From an uncultured delta proteobacterium (GTDB taxonomy: Bacteria; Desulfobacterota; Desulfuromonadia; Desulfuromonadales; JACZKF01), in contig CAWFKQ010000016.1 of the NCBI GenBank assembly GCA_963816395.1, positions 192,001 to 256,000 on the forward strand: DNA of 64,000 nt, given 5' to 3'. The notes below the pieces were generated by a model. That model saw only the letters and a list, made by a program, of their open reading frames with translations, was not told the origin of the DNA and did no database searches. Shown here in pieces: positions 11,065-20,549 of this stretch (its first letter is position 1; each line of letters starts with the position of its first letter). The translations under genes and the position numbers were made by a program.

Positions 11065-11090
11065 AGCGCCCCGGCTTCGGTCGGGGCGCT
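11065..11090 (+). terminator. Stem-loop ending the ECF operon
   Basis: AGCGCCCCG..CGGGGCGCT stem; weak U-tract. Confidence 0.55.
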
Positions 11091-11377
11091 GTCGTTTGCG
11101 CCTTTTACTACCATCCGCGTGAAAATACGGGTATTATCAAGGGCGGCCTCACGCAACGGCGCAACGGACGCGCGAAAGCCAAAGTCCTTTCTTGAAGATG
11201 CTTGAACCTGGAAGAAGCAGTCTCGCGCGAGAACGCGACGGATGTAAAGCCAGAAGGCTATCAGAAATAGACCCTTGGCCTGCTGGTGAGAGACTCTGAA
11301 ATGTAACAGCCGTGTTTAGGTTGAATAAAGATCAGCTGAAGAATCGAGGTTCGATTTTTTGGCGAGGAGCAAGCACC

Positions 11378-12464
11378 ATGTCGAGCAGTTTCGGTACCCT
11401 GTTCAAGGTCTCCACTTTCGGCGAATCGCATTGCCCGGGGGTGGGCGTGATTATCGACGGCTGCCCGCCGGGGCTGGCGCTGCGCCCGCAGGATATTCAG
11501 GGGCAGCTGGACCGGCGCCGCCCGGGGCAGAGCAGGATGGCCACCGATCGCCAGGAAGCGGACCAGGTCAGCATCCTCTCCGGGGTGGAGTTCGATCTGA
11601 CCCTGGGCACGCCGATCGCCCTGCTGGTCGCCAACAAGGATCAGCGGCCCGGGGATTACGGCGAGATGGCCCGGGTGCCGCGCCCCTCCCACGCCGACTA
11701 CACCTACCAGATGAAATACGGCATCCGCGCCGCCAGCGGCGGCGGCCGGGCCAGCGCCCGCGAGACGATCGGCCGGGTAGCCGCGGGCGCCGTCGCCGAG
11801 AAATATCTGCGCGAGGCATGCGGCATCGAGACTGTCGCCTGGGTCAGTGCGGTGGGGAATATCGAGGCCCGGGACGTCGACAGCGAACGGGTGAGCCGTG
11901 GACCAGGTCGATGCCGGCGCCGTGCGCTGCCCCGATCCTGCCGCCGCGGCCGCCATGGAGGCGGAGATCCTGCAGGCCCGCGCCGATCAGGATTCGCTCG
12001 GCGGCGTCATCAGCTGTGTCTGCCGCAACGTGCCGGCCGGCCTCGGCGAACCGGTCTTCGACAAGCTCGAGGCGAAGCTGGCGCAGGCGATGCTGTCGCT
12101 CCCCGCCAGCAAGGGGTTCGAAATCGGCTCCGGGTTTGCCGGCGCCCGGATGCGCGGCTCGGCGCATAACGATCCGTTCGTGCTAAAGGGAGAGCGGCTC
12201 GGCACCGTGAGCAACCACAGCGGCGGCGTCCAGGGGGGGATCAGCAACGGCGAGCCGATTCTCTTCCGGGTGGCTTTCAAGCCGGTGGCGACCATCGGCC
12301 GGGCGCAGAAGACCGTCGATATGGAAGGGCGGGAAGTGGTGCTGGAGGCCAAGGGGCGGCACGACCCGTGCGTGGTGCCGCGTGCCGTGCCGATCGTGGA
12401 GGCGATGGCGGCCCTGGTGCTGGTGGATATGCTGCTGCGGCAGCGGGCGCGGTGCCACAGGTAG
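11378..12464 (+). CDS. aroC: Chorismate synthase, frameshift near 11898
   Basis: [45 protein letters not shown]. Confidence 0.96.
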
Positions 12465-12583
12465 GCTGATGAAAAACGCCCATCTGCGGCGTTGCCCTCA
12501 TCCTTCGACAACGACGTACCTTTCGGTACGCCTTATGCCTCAGGATTTCGGGCGCCTTGCATCTGGGCATTTTTGATCAGCCT
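12463..12583. mobile_element. 121-bp MITE-like palindromic element
   Basis: Terminal inverted repeats AGGCTGATGAAAAACGCCCATCTGC / GCATCTGGGCATTTTTGATCAGCCT; no coding capacity. Confidence 0.7.
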
Positions 12584-12609
12584 GAGGAACCAGATATGTA
12601 GATTTTGAA

Positions 12610-12832
12610 TTTCCCTGCAGGGACGGTGTTCGCAACAGCTTTGCAGAGGCCGGGTCGAACCGCGACAGCTGACAAGAGGGCCGGGCGAAGACGCGGCGGT
12701 TGTCAGATGCAGCAGCGGCGCTCGAAGGCAGCGGCACTCGCGGACACCATGCCCGCCGCAGGCGAGGTCCTTTCTTGGTTACTTCTTTGGACCAGCAAAG
12801 AAGTAACCCGGCTGCCGGCCGGGACCGGCGAA
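12610..12832. repeat. Structured intergenic element, boundaries approximate
   Basis: Perfect 13-bp hairpin GGTTACTTCTTTG-N6-CAAAGAAGTAACC (12777-12808), followed by a GCCGG/CCGGC hairpin. Confidence 0.5.
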
Positions 12833-12895
12833 TTTAAGATTTTTTCCCTTCAGATATTTTCGCTCGACAGAAAATCGCGAGCGCTCCGCTTCCCC

Positions 12896-13336
12896 TCAGG
12901 CCGAGGCCTTTTCCAGTTCCGCCAGGCGCTCCTTCAGGGCCTTTTCCTCTTTCCGCCGGGCGGTGACATCCCGCAGGATCGCCACGAGACCGAGCAGGCG
13001 GCCGTCTTCATCCTTAATCATTGAGATGGTGAACTCGCAGGAAATCTGCGACCCGTCCCGGCGCACAGCCGGAACCGCCAGCAGGTCGCTGGCGCCGTAA
13101 CGGGAATTCCCCGTCGCCATCACCTTGTGCCAGCCTTCCCAGTGCCGGGCGCGCAGGCGTTCGCCGATGATCAGATCGAGGGATTGCCCCAGCGCCTCCT
13201 CGGCGGAATAGCCGAACATCGCCTCGGCGCTGGCGTTCCAGAGGCGGATGATGCCCTCCGGATCGGCAAACAGAATGGCGTCGGCGGCCTTCTCGATGAG
13301 CCGGCAACAGAGTTCGGGGGGTAGTGCTGCAGCCAT
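12896..13336 (-). CDS. Stand-alone PAS domain protein
   Basis: DAILFADPEGIIRLWNASAEAMFGYSAEEALGQSL, a PAC motif and a short coiled tail; AGGAGG RBS. Confidence 0.9.
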   Translation of the reverse strand: MAAALPPELCCRLIEKAADAILFADPEGIIRLWNASAEAMFGYSAEEALGQSLDLIIGERLRARHWEGWHKVMATGNSRYGASDLLAVPAVRRDGSQISCEFTISMIKDEDGRLLGLVAILRDVTARRKEEKALKERLAELEKASA

Positions 13337-13368
13337 GGTGCACCTCCTTGGGTGGTGGAAAGAAGTTC

Positions 13369-13410
13369 AGCCTAACCGCACCCCCGCCTTCCTGCCTTGA
13401 CCTGCGTCAA
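13369..13410 (-). promoter_or_regulatory. CRP/FNR-family (HcpR-like) box with class II promoter geometry
   Basis: TTGAC-CTGC-GTCAA at 13397-13410. A -10 TAGGCT at 13374-13369 places the box centre at -41.5. Confidence 0.7.
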
Positions 13411-13425
13411 TAGCGGTCCCTTCTT

Positions 13426-15043
13426 TCACCTGCCCCGGAAAAGCAGTTCGGGCGCCCCGCTTCCGGCGTTTCGGCGCAGCCGCAGCGAACCCTGCCAGTG
13501 AAGGTCGTCCCGCAGCGGAAAGTCGCTGCGGAAATGCGCCCCACGACTTTCCCGTCGCTCCAGGGCGGCGGTAAAGATCAGCCGGGCCGCCAGCAGGCGG
13601 TTGCGGGTTTCAAAGTAACGGTAGAGAGAAGGCGACCTGGGACAGGCGCCGGAAACGGCCGTCGAGCTCTTCCAGGTACTGCAGCCCAGCGGTCAGCGTG
13701 GCGGCCGAGCGCACCACCCCGGCATTTTTCCATAGCAGCCGCTGGGCTTCCACCGCCAGCAGGGACAGCTCATCACCGGCGCCGATCGCCGGCAGCGGCG
13801 GCAGGGGGATGGCCGGATCGGCATTACCGGTCGCCGGGGAAAGCCGGGAAGCAGCGGTGCGGCCGGCGATGCGGCCGAATACCACCGCCTCGACCAGGGC
13901 ATTGCCGCCCAGGCGGTTGGCGCCGTGCAGACCGCCGGTAACCTCGCCGGCGGCATACAACCCGGGGAGGGTGGCGGCGCCGTGTCGATCGACGGTCAAC
14001 CCGCCCATGAAAAAATGCACGCCCAGGCCCGCCACCGGCCAGTCCCGGCTCGGATCGCAGCCGCGGCGGCGCAGCAGTTCCCAGAGATCCTCATAGCGCT
14101 CCTGGACCGTAGCCGCCGGGACCGGCGACAGGTCGAGATACACCCCGCCGGCGATCCCACGCCCCTCCTGCACCTCGGCGAAGACGGCCCGACTCATCAG
14201 GTCGCGGGTGGCGAAGGCCTCCCCCTGCGGGCACCGGCGCAGGAGAAATCTCTCCCCCCGGCAGTTGCGCAGCACCGCCCCGTCGCCGAACAAAGTGGTC
14301 GGCAGGATCATCCGTACCGGCGCTATGCCCATGGCGGGGTGGAACTGCACGAATTCCAGGTCGCGCAGCTCGGCCCCGGCCCGGTAGGCCATCGCCAGCC
14401 CGTCACCGGTCATCTCCCCGGTGTTATTGCTGTGGGCGTAGAGCCGCCCGCCGCCGCCGCAGGCGAGCACGACGGCGTCGCTGCGGATCTGCAGCCAGCG
14501 GTCGCGGCGATCGAGGGCGAGTACCCCCCGGACCCGCCCCTGCGCCAGCAGCAGGTCCACGGCCATGGCGGAGTCGAGGAGGCGAACGCCGCTGTCGCTG
14601 ACGGCTTGCAGCAGCGGCAGGGTGAGGGACAGCCCCTTGACCTGCGGCGGCACCCCGGCGGCGACGGTGGTGATGGTCCGTGGGCGGCCGTGGCCAGGGA
14701 TCAGCTTGGCCAGCAGCTCGCCATCCCGGCGCAGGAAGCGGACCCCGTGCCGTTCCAGGAAGGGGACGAGGTCGGCGGAGCCCTCGGCGAGGGCCCGGGC
14801 CAGCTCTGGATCGGCGATGTCCTGGCCGCCGCGCAGGGTATCCAGGGCGAAGGTCCCGGCGGCATCCTCCGGGGTGAAGCAGCCGGAGAGGTTGCAGGCG
14901 GCCAGGATCGTGTTGCCGCTGCGGCCAGGCTTTCCCTTGCCCAGCAGGAGCACCTCCCGGCCGGCGCGCCGGGCCTCCAGGGCGGCGCAGAGGCCGGCGA
15001 GGCCGCCGCCGACGATCAGGACCTCGGTTTCAAGCAGATTCAC
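13426..15043 (-). CDS. SdhA/FrdA/NadB-superfamily flavoprotein, frameshift near 13625
   Basis: GGGLAG, EFVQFHP, HFFMGG, HGANRLGGN; the shifted frame continues RRESRGAHFRSDFP. Confidence 0.88.
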
Positions 15044-16283
15044 AGGGCGACTCTCCTTCGGTCAGGGGACACGCACCGGCCGACGCCTGATCGCCGGCGA
15101 CGGCCAGGCGGCGCTCCTGCCGGTGCATCAGGCGGGCACAGCTGGCGGTGATCAGCAGGATCGGCAGGGAGGCGGTCACTACCCCGAGCCAGGCGAAGTG
15201 GTCCCAGAAAAAGCCGAGATAGATGCTGCCCAGGCTGCCGCCCAGGTAATAGAAGATCAGGTACAGGGCGGTGGCGCTCGCCTTGGCCGAGCGGGCATGA
15301 CGCCCCACCCAGCCGCTGGCCAGGGAATGGGCGAGGAAAAAGCCGAAGCTGTTGAGCAGGAAACCGCCGATGATCGCCGCCACGCTGGGGAGGAGGGTAA
15401 CCAGGATCCCCAGGAGCATGCAGGCAATGCCGAGGGCGATGCCGGTCGACTGGAAGCGCCCCCGGGTGATCCGCCCGGAGAGCGCCGAACTGGCGGTCCC
15501 TGCCAGGTAGGTGAGGAAGAGAGCGCCGATCAGCGAGGGGGGGAAACGGAAAGGGGGGCCGGCCAGCAGATAGGAGGCGGCGTTGAACTGGCCGACGAAG
15601 AGGAAGAAATTCAGCCCGCCGACCAGATAGGCCAGCAGCAGCACGGGATTCTTCAGGTGCCGGGCAAAGCCTCCCACCGCCCCGCTGAAATTGAGCCGCT
15701 TGGGCTGGAAGTGCCGCGAGGGGGGAAGCAGGAGGAAAAAGAGGGTGACGCCGATCAGGCTGGCCAGCCCCAGGGCGAGAAAGGACCAGCGCCAGCCGCC
15801 CAGCTGGGCGGCCATGCCGCTGATCAAGCGCCCGGAAATCCCGCTCAGGCTGGTGGTGGCAATATAAACCCCCATGGCCGAGGAGAGGGCGGCCGGGGAA
15901 AATTCCTCTCCTACATACGCCAGGGCGAGCGCCGGCAGGCCGCCGATGAAGAAGCCCTGAAGCATCCGCAGCAGAAGCAGGATGTGGAAGGTGGGCGCCA
16001 GCGCCAGGGCAAAAGCGAGCAGGGCGGTGACCGTCAGGGTGAAGCGCATGATGCCGCGCCGCCCAAGGGCATCGGAGAGGGGACCGTACAGGAACAGGGA
16101 CAGCCCGAGGGAGAGGATCACCAGCGAGACCGAAAGGGTGGCCATCACCGCCGGTACGGCGAATTCTTCGCTCAACAGGGGCAGCAGCGGCTGGGTCGTA
16201 TAGATATTGGCGAAAGCGACGAAGGCACCGGCGCTGAGGGCGGCGCAGGTGCGCCAGAAAGACCTGGTTCTTATATCGATCAT
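15030..16283 (-). CDS. MFS transporter, YnfM-like
   Basis: FANIYTTQPLLP, GPLSDALGRR, ALYLIFYYLGGS; about 12 TM helices. Confidence 0.88.
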   Translation of the reverse strand: MIDIRTRSFWRTCAALSAGAFVAFANIYTTQPLLPLLSEEFAVPAVMATLSVSLVILSLGLSLFLYGPLSDALGRRGIMRFTLTVTALLAFALALAPTFHILLLLRMLQGFFIGGLPALALAYVGEEFSPAALSSAMGVYIATTSLSGISGRLISGMAAQLGGWRWSFLALGLASLIGVTLFFLLLPPSRHFQPKRLNFSGAVGGFARHLKNPVLLLAYLVGGLNFFLFVGQFNAASYLLAGPPFRFPPSLIGALFLTYLAGTASSALSGRITRGRFQSTGIALGIACMLLGILVTLLPSVAAIIGGFLLNSFGFFLAHSLASGWVGRHARSAKASATALYLIFYYLGGSLGSIYLGFFWDHFAWLGVVTASLPILLITASCARLMHRQERRLAVAGDQASAGACPLTEGESPCESA

Positions 16284-16396
16284 GGGCAGACTCCATACAT
16301 CCTGGCAGACATATTAATGCTACCATTGAATTAAAAATAAAAAAAATATATTGTTGTTATGGAAGCTATAACTTTTTCGTATAGAAAGGATGACCG

Positions 16397-17290
16397 ATGG
16401 ATCTGCGGCAATTGCGATTTTTCGCCGAAGTGGCACGTCTGGAAAGTTTTACCAAGGCCGCCGAAAGCCTGCACATCGCCCAGCCGGCGGTCAGCATCGC
16501 CATCCGCAACCTCGAGGCGGGACTCGGGGTGACGCTGCTTAACCGGCAGGGGAAAAAGGTGACCCTGACCGCGGAGGGGGAGGCCTTCCTGGGGCACGCC
16601 CGGGAGATTCTGGCGCGGATGCTGGCGGCCGAACGCGAAATGCAGGAAAGGCGCGGCCTGGAGAAAGGTGAAGTGCGGGTGGGGATTCCGACCCAGCTCG
16701 GCTCCTATTACTTCCCGCGGATTTTCGTCGATTTCAAGAAGCGATATCCGCAGCTGCGGTTCTCGGTCTACGAGTACGGGACCCGGCGCATCGGGGAACT
16801 GCTGGCCCAGGGGGCCTTGGAATTGGGCGTTATCGTCACTCAGGATGCCCCGGAAAATCTGGAAGTCCACCCCTTTCTGCAGGAGGAGATGGTCGCCTGC
16901 GTCCCCCTTGAACACCCCTTTGCCGGCCAGGCGGCGGTGCGTCATGAAGAGTTCGCCCGCGAACCCCTGGTGCTTTTCGAGGAGGGATATTTCCATCGGG
17001 AGGTGGTGGCCCAGGTGAGCCGCCATGCCGGCGTTTCGCCGACCATCATTTTTGAAACCAACCTGATTCCCCTCCTCAAGTCTCTGGTCCGCGAGGGATT
17101 TGGCATCACCACTTTTCTGCGCATGGTCACCCACGGTGATCCGGACCTGGCGGCGGTGCCTTTCACTCCGCCCATTTCTTTCGAGTTAGGGATCGCCTGG
17201 AAGAAGAACACCTTTCTTTCCCAGGCCAACCGGGCTTTCGCCGATTTTCTGCTGGACAGGACAAGAAGCTGGCAGGAGAAGGCAAAGTGA
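16397..17290 (+). CDS. LysR family regulator, divergent from the MFS gene
   Basis: SFTKAAESLHIAQPAVSIAIRNLE HTH; AT-rich divergent intergenic region. Confidence 0.95.
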   Translation: MDLRQLRFFAEVARLESFTKAAESLHIAQPAVSIAIRNLEAGLGVTLLNRQGKKVTLTAEGEAFLGHAREILARMLAAEREMQERRGLEKGEVRVGIPTQLGSYYFPRIFVDFKKRYPQLRFSVYEYGTRRIGELLAQGALELGVIVTQDAPENLEVHPFLQEEMVACVPLEHPFAGQAAVRHEEFAREPLVLFEEGYFHREVVAQVSRHAGVSPTIIFETNLIPLLKSLVREGFGITTFLRMVTHGDPDLAAVPFTPPISFELGIAWKKNTFLSQANRAFADFLLDRTRSWQEKAK

Positions 17291-17312
17291 CGGAAGCGGC
17301 CATCCTGCATGA

Positions 17313-17353
17313 GGGTATACAAATTGCATATTTTTTATTAAAAAAATATGCAA
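17313..17353 (+). promoter_or_regulatory. Putative sigma54 promoter overlapped by a 13-bp-arm palindrome
   Basis: GG-TATACAAATT-GC (GG-N10-GC); TTGCATATTTTTT-ATTA-AAAAAATATGCAA. Confidence 0.55.
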
Positions 17354-17401
17354 ATCTGGTTATGCCCTTGACTCCAGTACTGCCATTTTTCGAACCAAGT
17401 C

Positions 17402-17514
17402 GAAGCAATTTACTGGGATAAGGGGGATTAAGCGGATAAGGCCTTTGGCGTTTCAGGAATTTTTATCCCCTGCATCCCCTGCATCCCCTTCATCCCTGTT
17501 GAAAAAGATTTTGG
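17402..17514. repeat. 9-mer-periodic palindromic intergenic repeat, copy 2
   Basis: Shares both ends with 7370-7472; (TCCCCTGCA)n arm. Confidence 0.85.
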
Positions 17515-17609
17515 TTGGAGTCACTGGAGCGAAGTGAATAACCAGATATGTAAATTTCAGACGCCCGCTTTTAATCGAGGCGTTCCGCGAACTGTCGAGG
17601 GATGTCACC

Positions 17610-19784
17610 ATGCGAGTGAGTATTCAGGTCAAGGTAGGCGGTTTTCTGGCAGTTCTTTTGATCCTCTCCTTCGGCATCGCTGGGTGGATCGCCACCCAGA
17701 GGACTCTCACGACCGTGAATCTCATTTCCGGGAAATTTCAGCGAACCCTGCAGAAATCCGGACAGGCAGGGGCGCAGAATGTCTTCGCCAGCCTCGAGGC
17801 GGGGGCCAGGGGCACCCTGGAACGCGGAGAGATGCAGGTGTTTTCCGGTCTGCTGGACGACTTGGGGCGGACCCCCGGGGTCGAGGAAATCGGCATGACC
17901 GATGCCACCGGCCGGATTGTATTCTCCAGCCGGGCGCAGCGCCGGCAGCAGAATCTGGAGACCAGCTATTTCCGCGGGGCGGTGGTGAAAGGCGGCGAGC
18001 TGTTCCAGGCGGAAGCGGATAACGCTCTGGTGCTGACCAGGGCCCACCTGCTGGCGGCCGAATGTCTCCGCTGCCATGGCGGTCGCCGAGCCGGTGATCT
18101 CGGCGGGGTGCTCTTCGTGCGCTACGACCTGACGGACCTGCGTCAGGCGGAGGCGGAGGTGCGCCTGACGGCGGCGAGTGCTCTCCACCAGAGCATCCTG
18201 ACCGGGCTGGCCACCGGCACCGGGGGGCTGGTGGCCGCCTGTCTGGGTGTCTACCTGCTGCTCGGCAGGCTGGTGCGCCGGCCCCTGAACAAGCTGCGGG
18301 AGGTCATGCGCGCCATGGGGCAGGGCGAGCTCACCCGCCGGCTGGCGATGCGGACGCGGCAGCAGGACGAGATCGTCGAGACGGCCGGGGCAATGGATGA
18401 CATGGCCGAGCGGCTGCTCGGCATGGTGCGGCGCCTGCGCCGGTCAGCGGGTGGGCTGCAGGGGATTTCGGGCGACGTTACGGAGGTCTCCCGGAGGGTC
18501 GACCAGTCGGCCAACCAGCAGGCGCAGCGGGTGGTTGAAACAACGGTGGCGCTCGAAAAAATCAGCGATTCGGCAGCACGGATAAGGGAAGAAGTGGATT
18601 TGCTGGCCGGCCTGGCCGGCGAGAGCACCTCCTCCTCCCTGGAGATGGCCTCCAGCATCGATGAAGTGGCGGCGAATGCCGAAAAAGCCGCCCGGGCGGT
18701 TGAGGAAATCGGCGGCTCCATCCTCCAAATGGCGGCCTCGATCCGCCAGGTGGCGGAGAACGCCGCCGTGCTCAAGGAATCCGCCGATGTTACCGCCTCC
18801 TCCATCGCCGAAATGGATTCCTCGATCAAGGAGGTAGAAGGGAATGCCAGGCAGACCGCTGCAATCACCGAGGGTGTGCGGCGCGATGCCGAAGCCGGGG
18901 AGACCTCCATGGCAGCGACCCTGGCCGGTATCCGGGAGATCGGCAACGCCTCCCGGATCACCTCCGAAGTGATTCGGTCCCTCTCGCGCAAGGCGCAGAA
19001 TATCGGCGCGATCCTTTCCGTCATCGAAGAGGTGACCGACCAGACCAGTCTGCTGTCGCTCAATGCCGCCATCATCGCCGCCCAGGCCGGGGAGCACGGC
19101 AGGGGCTTCGCCGTGGTCGCCAGGGAGATCCGCGAGCTGGCCGATCGCACCGGCAGCTCGACGCGGGAGATCACGCAGATGGTGGAGGGAATTCAGGTCG
19201 AAACGCGGCAGGCGGTGGAAGCGATCGCCCGGGCCGAAGAAAGGGTGCAGGAGGGGGAGAGGCTGTCTCTGCAGACCGGCGAGCTGCTCAGCCGGATCTT
19301 CGCCGGGGTGCAGGAAACCTCCGTACAGATGGCGCAGATCGTTGCCGCTACCACCCAGCAGGGGGCTGGCAGCCGGTTGATCCGGGAGGCGATGGAGAAG
19401 GTCTCGAGGCTCAGCGGCGAATCGGCCGCAGCCACCCATGAGCAGGACAGCGGTGCCCGGCTGATCTCCCAGGCGACGGAGCAGATGAAGGAGCTGACCG
19501 CCCAGGTCCGGCTTTCGACCCACGAACAGAGCGAGGCCGGCCGCGTCATCGCCCGGGCGATGGAAAATATCAACGAAAAGGTAGCGAGCATCCGCGGCGC
19601 CTGTGGAACGCAGCAGGAAGAGAGTGCCCGCATCCTCAATGCCCTGGGCGATATCAGAACGGCGGCCGCCGATAATGTGGAAGCGACCCGGGGGCTGCAA
19701 GACGTCGTGGTCACTCTCGGCCGGGAAAGCGGAATGCTGCAGCAGGAGATGGGCGCCTTTGCAATCGGCGAGGGGGAGGGGTGA
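17610..19784 (+). CDS. Methyl-accepting chemotaxis protein with periplasmic c-type heme motif
   Basis: Two TM helices, CLRCH in the periplasmic domain, [28 protein letters not shown]. Confidence 0.92.
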   Translation: MRVSIQVKVGGFLAVLLILSFGIAGWIATQRTLTTVNLISGKFQRTLQKSGQAGAQNVFASLEAGARGTLERGEMQVFSGLLDDLGRTPGVEEIGMTDATGRIVFSSRAQRRQQNLETSYFRGAVVKGGELFQAEADNALVLTRAHLLAAECLRCHGGRRAGDLGGVLFVRYDLTDLRQAEAEVRLTAASALHQSILTGLATGTGGLVAACLGVYLLLGRLVRRPLNKLREVMRAMGQGELTRRLAMRTRQQDEIVETAGAMDDMAERLLGMVRRLRRSAGGLQGISGDVTEVSRRVDQSANQQAQRVVETTVALEKISDSAARIREEVDLLAGLAGESTSSSLEMASSIDEVAANAEKAARAVEEIGGSILQMAASIRQVAENAAVLKESADVTASSIAEMDSSIKEVEGNARQTAAITEGVRRDAEAGETSMAATLAGIREIGNASRITSEVIRSLSRKAQNIGAILSVIEEVTDQTSLLSLNAAIIAAQAGEHGRGFAVVAREIRELADRTGSSTREITQMVEGIQVETRQAVEAIARAEERVQEGERLSLQTGELLSRIFAGVQETSVQMAQIVAATTQQGAGSRLIREAMEKVSRLSGESAAATHEQDSGARLISQATEQMKELTAQVRLSTHEQSEAGRVIARAMENINEKVASIRGACGTQQEESARILNALGDIRTAAADNVEATRGLQDVVVTLGRESGMLQQEMGAFAIGEGEG

Positions 19785-19874
19785 GACGGGGCGGCCCAGG
19801 GGAAAGACGAGCGGGGAAGCAGGATGCTGATCTCCGGCCAGGGGCCGCAGGCGGGTGTTTTTCCCCTCAGCTTG

Positions 19875-20006
19875 TTATTTGCTGGCCTTCCGCTCCATCC
19901 ACGAGCCGGCCTTCTGCACGTCCTTGCCGAAGCCGCGCACGGTCTGGCAGGCCGTGAGGGTGAGCAGGAGAGAAAGCATCAGAGCGTAGACTGCAAGACG
20001 TTTCAT
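19875..20006 (-). CDS. Entericidin A/B family lipoprotein, 43 aa, below the ORF-track cutoff
   Basis: Hand translation MKRLAVYALMLSLLLTLTACQTVRGFGKDVQKAGSWMERKASK; lipobox LTAC and CxTxxGxGxD motif. Confidence 0.88.
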   Translation of the reverse strand: MKRLAVYALMLSLLLTLTACQTVRGFGKDVQKAGSWMERKASK

Positions 20007-20025
20007 CGTTCTCCCTTCCTTTTTC

Positions 20026-20508
20026 TCAACCATGTTTCTTCCGTCTTTCCTCAAACCAGAGATCGATCAGCAGCAGAGCGACGCCGACGGTGATCGCCGA
20101 GTCGGCCACGTTGAAGGCCGGCCAATGGTGCTGGTACCAGTGGAAATCGAGAAAATCGATGACCGCCCCGAGACGGATGCGATCGATGAGGTTCCCCAGG
20201 GCGCCGGCGAAGATGAGCGACAGGGCGAACTGCAGCTGGCGCTGATCGGCCCGCAGCCGCCCCAGGTACCAGAGAATCCCGACCGCCGCCAGCACCGCCA
20301 CGGAGATGAAGAAGGGGACGCGGATGCCGCTTTCGGAAAGAAAGCCGAAAGCGGCTCCCTGGTTGCGCAGGTAAGTGAGATGGAAGAAGTTCTCCACCAC
20401 GGTGATGGATTCGTGCAACCGGAAATGGCTGGCAACGTACAGCTTGCTCGCCTGATCCAGAATCAGAATAACGATGGTGGTGATCAGCAGCAGCAGGTAA
20501 CGAGACAC
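20026..20508 (-). CDS. lspA: Lipoprotein signal peptidase
   Basis: LDQASK, NQGAAFG, GALGNLIDR, VIDF, FNVADSAI. Confidence 0.96.
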   Translation of the reverse strand: MSRYLLLLITTIVILILDQASKLYVASHFRLHESITVVENFFHLTYLRNQGAAFGFLSESGIRVPFFISVAVLAAVGILWYLGRLRADQRQLQFALSLIFAGALGNLIDRIRLGAVIDFLDFHWYQHHWPAFNVADSAITVGVALLLIDLWFEERRKKHG

Positions 20509-20549
20509 AATCACTCCGGGCGGGCTCCCGACCCCAGACTCCGCACTCC

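Noticed and set aside
10238..11122. Single 294-aa protein as given in the ORF track
   Set aside because: An internal RBS, ATG and second signal peptide at 10481 indicate two genes joined by an indel.
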